From contig CALSTM010000002.1 in the NCBI GenBank assembly GCA_943789275.1, positions 210,001-242,000 on the forward strand: a stretch of DNA of 32,000 nt, read 5' to 3'. Of the stretch, positions 24,406-31,206 are shown one piece after another. The translations under genes and the position numbers were made by a program. The first letter of the stretch is position 1, and each line of letters starts with the position of its first letter. This stretch comes from Candidatus Poseidoniaceae archaeon (GTDB lineage Archaea > Thermoplasmatota > Poseidoniia > Poseidoniales > Poseidoniaceae). The notes beneath the pieces were generated by a model. It had not been told where the DNA came from. It searched no databases and saw only the letters and a program-made list of their open reading frames with translations.

Positions 24406-25011
24406 TCATTCCTCTTCAGACGGAGGAATATTCTCAAAGAATGCCAGGATGGAGTGACCGTCTGTAAACAGCAGATACAGCAAACCAAGCGGACGGCGTT
24501 CACGTCTTTTGCGGCCCAAGTCTGGGCGAGGCATATTCGAGAGTTTAGCCTTACAATTGACGCAGTATATTCCAGTAACCCCCCAGTAAGGAGAAGCCCA
24601 GTTACAACAACCACCCGAAACTTCGGCTTCATTTGCAATGATTTGCAGTTGATTTGCCATATCTCGAGTCCAAGGTGGAACCATACCGCCGACAAAGTAC
24701 TGCAGGCGATTGAAAACAAGCCAACTGCTGGAGGTTAAAAGCCCGAAACCAAACGCAGCATTCCCCCAGCGTACCGATGCCAAACCAAGCCCCAAGGGCA
24801 GCACAACGACAACGAAACTCATCCAGTAAAACATGCGCATATGGAGCACGCGTTGGGTGAGGTGAGGTGACAGGGGAATCGGTTCAGGGTGGGGAGGAAA
24901 CTTCGTGTTGAATCCTCTGGTACGAGACAACATCAAAAATGGAAAACGAGGCAAAAAAGTACCCAGGAGAACGCCAAGGAAGAAAAATCCTATGGCTGCT
25001 AAAAGATTCAT
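24406..25011 (-). CDS. small membrane protein with C-terminal four-Cys motif, unknown function
   Basis: 201 aa with three hydrophobic segments, then GGCCNWASPYWGVTGIYCVNCKAKL (CC...CxxC) and a basic stretch. AGGTGAG SD; starts 9 nt after the aminotransferase stop. Confidence 0.6.
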   Translation of the reverse strand: MNLLAAIGFFFLGVLLGTFLPRFPFLMLSRTRGFNTKFPPHPEPIPLSPHLTQRVLHMRMFYWMSFVVVVLPLGLGLASVRWGNAAFGFGLLTSSSWLVFNRLQYFVGGMVPPWTRDMANQLQIIANEAEVSGGCCNWASPYWGVTGIYCVNCKAKLSNMPRPDLGRKRRERRPLGLLYLLFTDGHSILAFFENIPPSEEE

Positions 25012-25020
25012 TGACTCACC

Positions 25021-26172
25021 TTAGTTTTCTGACTGAAGACGAACAAGGGTCTTTTCAACGATGTCCATTCCTTTGCTGATGTCTTCTTGACTGATGGTGT
25101 ATGCAAAACGTAAGTGCCCTTCACCGGAGGGGCCAAAGGCAGAACCTGGAGAGCAAAGTACACCGTCTTTGAGCAGTTCCATCGCAACCTCTTGTGAATT
25201 CATGTTTGGTACATCGACCTTCGGGAACACATAGATAGCACCTTTCGGCTTATGGCATTCGACTCCAGGCATAGCGTTTAATCGACCAACAATCAGTTCA
25301 CAACGCTGCCTAAACTCGTTGGCCAACACACTCGGATAATCGCTTGCTTCGTTCATGGCTGCAAGAATTGCATATTGCATGGCATCGTTGGAACATGCTG
25401 TAATGTAATACTGCATTTTGGTAATTTGCTGCATGGCTTCACGGTTTGTAGAAGCGATGTACCCCATTCTCCAACCGGTCATGGCAAACGTTTTGGAAAA
25501 AGAGTTGACCACGAGTACACGATCATATCCCGTACCCATGAACGACACATGGGGGCCATCAAAGACAATTCGGTCGTACACTTCATCGGAAATAATCCAA
25601 AGATTGTGTCGCTTTGCGAAATCGAGTAATTGGTCGCGTTGAGATTCGTCGAGCGTGCCTCCCGTCGGGTTACTTGGGAAATTGTACAGAACAGCGACTG
25701 TGTTTTCGTCAACCAAGGAATCGAGGTGCTCAACATCCGGTATGAACTCGTTTTCAAACAAACACGAATAGTACTTTGCAGTCCCTCCAGCGATGGATAC
25801 ATCCGGCCCATACAATGGAAAATAAGGTTCAGGAAGCAAAACATTGTCACCGGGATTAACCAATGTCAAAAACAAATTGAGAAGCGCATTGGTCCCAGAC
25901 ATCGTGATACAGACATTGTGCTCATCCATTCCGGGTTGATATGAAGCCCATGATTCTGCAATTTTCTGACGCAGTTCGGGTAAACCTGCAGTCGTGGTGT
26001 ACTTGTTACGCCCATCCAACATTGCTTGATGAAAAGCCTCGATGGCAACGGGTGGAGGTTGGAAGTCTGGCTCACCCAGTCCAAATGAAATAACATCGTC
26101 ACCAGCAAGGTCAAACATCTTACGAACACCCGTAGGCTGAATACTCATTGCTCTGTCGCTGAATGTTCGCAT
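25021..26172 (-). CDS. class I/II PLP-dependent aminotransferase (aspartate/aromatic aminotransferase-like)
   Basis: SFSKTFAMTGWRMGY (PLP-lysine motif) and YNFPSNPTGG. ATG 26172 (MRTFSDRAMSIQPTGVRKMFDLA) follows GGTGA. The track start at 26235 would overlap the subtilase gene. Confidence 0.9.
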   Translation of the reverse strand: MRTFSDRAMSIQPTGVRKMFDLAGDDVISFGLGEPDFQPPPVAIEAFHQAMLDGRNKYTTTAGLPELRQKIAESWASYQPGMDEHNVCITMSGTNALLNLFLTLVNPGDNVLLPEPYFPLYGPDVSIAGGTAKYYSCLFENEFIPDVEHLDSLVDENTVAVLYNFPSNPTGGTLDESQRDQLLDFAKRHNLWIISDEVYDRIVFDGPHVSFMGTGYDRVLVVNSFSKTFAMTGWRMGYIASTNREAMQQITKMQYYITACSNDAMQYAILAAMNEASDYPSVLANEFRQRCELIVGRLNAMPGVECHKPKGAIYVFPKVDVPNMNSQEVAMELLKDGVLCSPGSAFGPSGEGHLRFAYTISQEDISKGMDIVEKTLVRLQSEN

Positions 26173-26231
26173 ACTATCACCGAATGAAGGGGTCCTTTTC
26201 AAGTCGAGGTAAAAACGAAGTCTCCGTATCG

Positions 26232-28424
26232 TCATTTGCCGTCGCCAATCTCGGCTACAAGCACTCCATCAATGACTTCTGCCATTTCGGCATCAGCAGC
26301 AATAGCAGCATCGATGGAAGCGTTCGGTTCATTCGAGACAATACCCAACGGAGCATCCGTCCGAGAGTTCCAAAGAAGAACGATTACGATGATGCTGAGT
26401 AGAATGAAATAGCCACTTGTTGGGAGGGCTCCAAACAAGCCTGACGCTTGGTTTGAGGCACCATCGCCGGTGCCCATGACCGAAACCGAAACTGGAAGGG
26501 ATTGAACTCCTTGTTCGTTAAGAGCGCGGAATTCTACGGTTTGGTTACCTTCCGCCAAAGCGTCGAGGTCAAGCGCTACCATCCATGTGAACCTCTCCAG
26601 TGCGGCCAGCTGTGTGCTTGTTTCATCGAATGCTGCGCTCTTCCAATCTCCGCTACCAATTCGGTATTCAACCGCAGAAATGGTTCCAGCTTGACTCCAA
26701 GCCATTCCTTCAATGACATGAAGTCCGTTGCTTTGGTTTACTGAAGAGTTGGTAACGTGGACTTGTGAGTACACATCGATGGAGCCGGTGAGGTTTTCCT
26801 CCTTGAGCATTATTGCCATCTTTGTAGCCTCATACGCATCAGCCATGCCCCATCCGAAATCACGGTTCCAAAACGGGTCGACCTCTGGTTGTGTTGCTTC
26901 TCCGCGGCGTTCTGCGGTAAGTTTGATGATTTCCTTCAACTCTGCCGGAGAAAGTTCTGGATTTGCTTCAATCATCAAAGCAAGAATACCCGATACGGCA
27001 GGTGTAGCGTACGAGGTTCCTGAGCCACGTCCTGTGTAGCCGTTTTGTGATGCATCGTTGAGTAAATTGCTGCATCCACCACTGGTCACACATCCCTCCG
27101 CTTGAACGATGTTTGTACCCGGTGCAGTAATCTCAGGTTTGAGTTCGTTGAGAGGATTTCCATCTCCGTTGTCTCTGCGAGGACCACGTGAAGAATAATC
27201 TGCAATCGTGTCGTCTTGTCGGTCGACAGTGTTGCGGTCATCGGTCGCACCGACGGTGAGTGAGAGGTCAGAAGAACCCATGCCAGACAAACCATCGTTG
27301 GAAGGACCATCGTTTCCTGCGGCTACACTGACAATAATTCCTGCTTCCATGGCTTCGTTGAGGATTTGGCTGTGCATGTCGTTGCCATCTGAGCCGCCGC
27401 CTTCGTGGGATGTGATTCCCCATGAGAGTGACAGGATATCAATTCCGTAGTTGGTGCCATCAGCGTCTTGCCAAGCGGTATCCTTGTTGTCGATAATCCA
27501 TTGCATACCGTTCATTGCAGATTCATAAAATTCCTGTTCGAGAACATAGTTTTCAAACGGACCTGCGCCAGCGTCGGTGCCAATTCGGACATCGACGAGT
27601 GCTGCATCGGGTGCTGAGCCGTAAAATTCAGTTTGTGCTCCACTCGCATCAATGCCCGTTGCTGCTGCCATCCCCATGCAAGCAGTGCCGTGTTGATTGC
27701 CATCATCTGGGTCAAACGTGCCGTCGGTTTCTCTTCCGGGATTAGAGAGAATACACGTAGGGTCAGTGTGTAGATAACAAACTGCATCGTATCCCGCAAC
27801 AAATTTGTCGCTGAGTCCAGGATGTTCATTATCGACGCCGGTGTCAACCATTGCAATGTTCACGCCAGCCCCTGAAACACCGAGGTCCCAAGCACCCATT
27901 GGGTAGAAACTGGAGTTGCTGGCTTTTACTGCAGGAGTTTGAACATCGCCATAGAAAATTACGTTGCCGTATTCTTCGACCATCACCACATCCTCAAGAG
28001 CAGCAAGCGTCGGAGCAAGCGTCGTATTGACCTGACCGAGGAGAACTCCATTCACAGCCTCAAGGACATCAACCACATTGAGACCGAGGCCTTCCAACGC
28101 AGCAAGATGGGCGTCTGTGACATCAGTTTGATAGACTAAGGCTGTACCGGTCACGCCGATTCTTGATTCTATAGAGTCGTGAATTTCGTTCCGGTCAAGA
28201 TCCAAAGACGTTCGCTCCCACCACGGAGTATCGTCATCGACCCATCCTGGAGATGTTTGAGCAGGAACATCGAATGTTTGCCCTGATTGTATCCATTGGA
28301 GACCATCGGAATCAACAGCAGACCATGAAGAATGTCCATTGTCATCTGCAACGATGAGGGACCCCGTGACAGGGCCCATGAGAAGAGCGAAAAGAAGCAA
28401 AGCAAGTGGTCGGCGCATGGACAT
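26232..28424 (-). CDS. secreted subtilisin-family (S8) serine protease with C-terminal transmembrane anchor
   Basis: Signal-like MSMRRPLALLLFALLMGPVTG. Catalytic motifs: VNIAMVDTGVDNEHPGL (Asp), GNQHGTACMGMAAATG (His), AAGNDGPS (oxyanion Asn), GSGTSYATPAVSGILALM (Ser). C-terminal YFILLSIIVIVLLW plus an acidic tail. Confidence 0.9.
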   Translation of the reverse strand: MSMRRPLALLLFALLMGPVTGSLIVADDNGHSSWSAVDSDGLQWIQSGQTFDVPAQTSPGWVDDDTPWWERTSLDLDRNEIHDSIESRIGVTGTALVYQTDVTDAHLAALEGLGLNVVDVLEAVNGVLLGQVNTTLAPTLAALEDVVMVEEYGNVIFYGDVQTPAVKASNSSFYPMGAWDLGVSGAGVNIAMVDTGVDNEHPGLSDKFVAGYDAVCYLHTDPTCILSNPGRETDGTFDPDDGNQHGTACMGMAAATGIDASGAQTEFYGSAPDAALVDVRIGTDAGAGPFENYVLEQEFYESAMNGMQWIIDNKDTAWQDADGTNYGIDILSLSWGITSHEGGGSDGNDMHSQILNEAMEAGIIVSVAAGNDGPSNDGLSGMGSSDLSLTVGATDDRNTVDRQDDTIADYSSRGPRRDNGDGNPLNELKPEITAPGTNIVQAEGCVTSGGCSNLLNDASQNGYTGRGSGTSYATPAVSGILALMIEANPELSPAELKEIIKLTAERRGEATQPEVDPFWNRDFGWGMADAYEATKMAIMLKEENLTGSIDVYSQVHVTNSSVNQSNGLHVIEGMAWSQAGTISAVEYRIGSGDWKSAAFDETSTQLAALERFTWMVALDLDALAEGNQTVEFRALNEQGVQSLPVSVSVMGTGDGASNQASGLFGALPTSGYFILLSIIVIVLLWNSRTDAPLGIVSNEPNASIDAAIAADAEMAEVIDGVLVAEIGDGK

Positions 28425-28563
28425 CCCAAACGTCCCTCGAAGGCATAATTGAAGAACATATGCCTTCGGTGTAAAGTTTCCACTTGCATTGAATAAGAAT
28501 AAAGTTGGGAGCGCATGATTGAATCTCACGTAATAAAGCAGAAGAAAACCGCTTCATGAAGGT

Positions 28564-28583
28564 CAAGAAAACGCATACTGCGT
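28564..28583 (-). terminator. hairpin plus U-tract downstream of tRNA-Trp
   Basis: The minus strand reads ACGCA-GTA-TGCGT followed directly by TTTCTTG, about 17 nt after the tRNA 3' end. Confidence 0.4.
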
Positions 28584-28599
28584 ACTGTTTGAATGAAGG

Positions 28600-28781
28600 T
28601 GGGAGCAGAGGGATTTGAACCCCCCCCAGCGGATTTCTTCTGAAACTGCCCACCGAAATGGGCAGTCTGCAGGATTGCAACAGGTCGGCGCTCCAGTTGG
28701 TCATCAACTTTCAGCAAACCCACTCGTCGTCATTCCTGTGCAACTGGAGCCCGCGATACTACCAAGCTATACTATACTCCC
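28600..28781 (-). tRNA. trnW: tRNA-Trp (anticodon CCA) interrupted by a 109-nt intron at the canonical 37/38 position
   Basis: Hand fold of the minus strand. Acceptor GGGAGTA/TGCTCCC (one G-U), discriminator A. D arm GTAT-AGCTTGGTA-GTAT. Anticodon stem GCGGG/TCCGC, loop CT-CCA-G[intron]A. Variable TGGG. T arm GGGGG-TTCAAAT-CCCTC. 5' exon 28781..28744, intron 28743..28635, 3' exon 28634..28600. The mature length is 73 nt; CCA is not encoded. Confidence 0.9.
28685..28733 (-). ncRNA. box C/D guide RNA embedded in the tRNA-Trp intron
   Basis: C box AUGACGA (28733..28727), 12-nt guide, D' CUGA (28714..28711), 3-nt spacer, C' UUGAUGA (28707..28701), 12-nt guide, D-like CCGA (28688..28685). This is the archaeal C-12-D'-C'-12-D geometry. 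Both guides pair with the host tRNA, placing C34 and U39 at the N+5 positions. Confidence 0.8.
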
Positions 28782-28802
28782 TAAGTGTAGAAACACCATG
28801 AA

Positions 28803-28910
28803 TCATGACTTGGCTTGCTTACGAGCACGCTTTCGACGGCGCAACTTCTTCTTACGCCACTTCCACCGTTGGTTACCGGTTTTCTTCCAAGCACGTGAGC
28901 CTCGCTTCAT
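28803..28910 (-). CDS. rpl41e: 50S ribosomal protein eL41 (35 aa)
   Basis: Below the ORF-track size cut-off. Hand translation: MKRGSRAWKKTGNQRWKWRKKKLRRRKRARKQAKS. The RWKWRKKK.RR.KR core resembles eukaryotic eL41 (KWRKKRMRRLKRKRRK) and remembered archaeal L41e. GGAGG sits ~12 nt upstream of the ATG. Confidence 0.7.
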   Translation of the reverse strand: MKRGSRAWKKTGNQRWKWRKKKLRRRKRARKQAKS

Positions 28911-28937
28911 GGTGAACGAGCCTCCGACCAACCATCC

Positions 28938-28943
28938 ATATAT
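28938..28943 (-). promoter_or_regulatory. TATA-like element upstream of rpl41e/tRNA-Trp
   Basis: The minus strand reads CTCATATATGG, ending 27 nt upstream of the rpl41e ATG. That spacing would give a very short leader, which conflicts with use of the GGAGG motif, so the call is weak. Confidence 0.3.
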
Positions 28944-29110
28944 GAGAGCATCGGGTTAAACCACTGAATCCTGTTCGCTGGAATTAAATGCAATTGCGGG
29001 CTTAAACCGACCATTGCGCCGTGAAACACCATGTTTCTGTATTGAAGGTGCAAACATTTGGCAGGAGCAGGAATAATCCTCATTGTGCAACCCAAACGAG
29101 GTTTCCAATC

Positions 29111-29157
29111 AACTTTTTTTGTTTCAAATCAAGATTTGTTTCTTGGAAGTATAATAA
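29111..29157 (+). promoter_or_regulatory. A/T-rich promoter region for the MBL-fold hydrolase gene
   Basis: AACTTTTTTTGTTTCAAAT (29111..29129) and TATAATAA (29150..29157) lie upstream of the GGAGGAGGG SD and ATG 29182. Which one is the TATA box cannot be decided from sequence. Confidence 0.35.
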
Positions 29158-29181
29158 GTCATACTTGAGTGGAGGAGGGCA

Positions 29182-30624
29182 ATGGAGCATCCCAAAAGCA
29201 GTGAAGTCGAGACTTCAAGAATGCGCTTAGGAGGCATGCTTCTTTTTCTTGCAAGTTTCATGTTGTGGCTGTATCGCCATGATTTACATCCCGTGAACTA
29301 CATCTTCGTGGTGTTACTGATGTTTCGGGCAGTGGAATATGCTGTTTCTAAAACTTCACTTTTTGTCAAGAAGGCTGACGATCTTGAATCTCCTAGCATC
29401 GCTCGACGTGCCAAAATTTACTCTTCTGTTGTCGCTTTGTTGCTCACCATTGTTCTGGTTTCTACGATAATGTTCCTTCAATTCTCCCAGCAAGTCGGCG
29501 GAGAGCCGGGCTCTTACGACTCAAAAAACTACTACGACGGTGCTTTCCATAACCTCGAAGAATCAGGAACCGGCACGGGCTCATTTCTCGAAACGTCGCT
29601 CGGATACTTGACCGACGATGGCAGCAGGTATCCAAGTTCAGTCCTTCCTTCAATCGAATTTGCTCCGATGAATCTCACCGAAGGACAATTGAGCATCACT
29701 TGGTTTGGACACTCGTCCATCCTGGTACAAACTGACAACGTCTCTCTCCTGTTCGACCCCGTGTTTGGTGAAGACAACACGGATCCGCTGTTCTTTGGAC
29801 CCTCACCGTTTGAATACGAACATACCTATGAACTGGAAGATTTACCACCCATCGATTATGTATTCATCTCACATGACCACTACGACCATCTGGATATGGA
29901 TGCGGTCAAATACCTCAGTTCTTCGCAGTACGTCGTCCCACTTGGCGTGAAGGCACATGCAGTTGAATGGGGCATACCAAGTTCCAATGTCCACGAATTC
30001 GATTGGTATGAAGAAGCAAACATGTCTGAAGACATGAGTGTCGTTTTTACTCCTTCTCAGCATTTTAGCGGTCGAGGAATCAACCAGGACAATACGCTTT
30101 GGGGCTCATGGGCTGTTTACCTGAACGAGCATGCTCTGTATTTCAGTGGTGACGGAGGATACTCCAGTGAATTTTCAGAAATCGGAGAGAAATACGGACC
30201 TTTTGATATCGCTTTCATTGAAGCTGGACAATACGATGAGGCATGGGCAGATGTGCATATGTTTCCTGAGCAAACCGTTCAAGCAGCTCTGGATTTGAGG
30301 GCAAAGTCATTGCTCCCGATTCACAACACGAAGTTTGTTCTCGCCCTTCATGGATGGGATGAACCCCTTGAAGATGTTACCGTGGAAGGGCAAAGAAGGA
30401 ACGTCAACGTAACGACACCGATGCTCGGGGAGACTTTCCTTCTGGACGAAAACATGCCACACGACACGTGGTGGCGAAATGTTTCGATCTATGAGCCTCC
30501 GATGTTAAAGACAAACTCGTTGGTGGGTGTAATCATGTATGCTTCGATGTTTGTCTCGGCCATTATGATTCGCTTAGGTTCAAAGGAACCGAGGGTAAAA
30601 CTCCAGCAGAAATACGAGGATTGA
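29182..30624 (+). CDS. membrane-anchored metallo-beta-lactamase-fold hydrolase, NAPE-PLD-like
   Basis: 480 aa. N-terminal hydrophobic segments: [48 protein letters not shown]. Core: [83 protein letters not shown]. This closely parallels my memory of NAPE-PLD ([56 protein letters not shown]). C-terminal hydrophobic segment [17 protein letters not shown]. Confidence 0.85.
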   Translation: [480 protein letters not shown]

Positions 30625-30649
30625 AAACCTCTCGGCCGGACAGGCATTC

Positions 30650-31174
30650 ATGGAGCGAGCGTTGTTGGGAGGCGGATGTTTTTGGTGCACTGAAGGTGCG
30701 TTCAAAGGATTGTACGGTGTTGAATCTGCTCTTCCGGCCTATGCGGGTGGACACGACCCTAATCCAAGATACGAGCCTGTATGTTCTGGAACAACCGGTC
30801 ATGCTGAAATCGTTGAAGTCGTGTTCGACCCCGATTTGATTCCATTTGAGACCATACTGGAAATCTTCTTCACTGTACATGACCCAACACAATTGAATCG
30901 ACAAGGAAACGATGTTGGCACCCAATACCGTAGTTGCATCATGCCGACCTCTGAACAACAGACGTTAACTTCTCAGATTGTTATTGAACGGATGCAAGCG
31001 CATTACGACAGGCCAATTGTCACGACGCTCGAAGAAGCCAAACACTTCACACTGGCTGAAGAATACCATCATGACTACTACGCAAGAAACCCTGGACAGG
31101 GGTACTGCATGGCTGTTGTCGGTCCAAAACTTCGAAAAGTCCGTGCGAAACACGCTCATCTCTACATAGCGTGA
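30650..31174 (+). CDS. msrA: peptide methionine (S)-sulfoxide reductase MsrA
   Basis: LGGGCFWCTEGAF, GHAEIVEVVFDP, HDPTQLNRQGNDVGTQYRS. Confidence 0.95.
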   Translation: MERALLGGGCFWCTEGAFKGLYGVESALPAYAGGHDPNPRYEPVCSGTTGHAEIVEVVFDPDLIPFETILEIFFTVHDPTQLNRQGNDVGTQYRSCIMPTSEQQTLTSQIVIERMQAHYDRPIVTTLEEAKHFTLAEEYHHDYYARNPGQGYCMAVVGPKLRKVRAKHAHLYIA

Positions 31175-31206
31175 TGTTGAAGTGGCGGGTGCGATAGCGT
31201 CGTAGC

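Noticed and set aside
24289-24738. 149-aa plus-strand ORF and 124-aa off-frame minus ORF (24345..24719)
   Set aside because: Both overlap the 201-aa membrane protein gene, which has a strong SD, operon spacing and coherent TM segments. The alternatives lack start context.
28669-28673. Alternative tRNA model using CCUGC as the 3' anticodon-stem strand (a shorter first intron plus a second intron in the variable region)
   Set aside because: It requires a second ~40-nt non-canonical intron. The single-intron model gives a standard 73-nt tRNA, and the D' guide places U39 of the UCCGC strand exactly at N+5.
28615-28959. 114-aa plus-strand ORF
   Set aside because: It runs antisense across the tRNA-Trp/intron locus and the eL41 gene, so it is an artefact of those features.
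28960-29100. Possible small RNA or repeat in the rpl41e / MBL-hydrolase intergenic region (caattgcg / cattgcg short direct repeat)
   Set aside because: There are only 7-8 nt of similarity, with no stable helices or known motifs. It is most simply a divergent promoter spacer.
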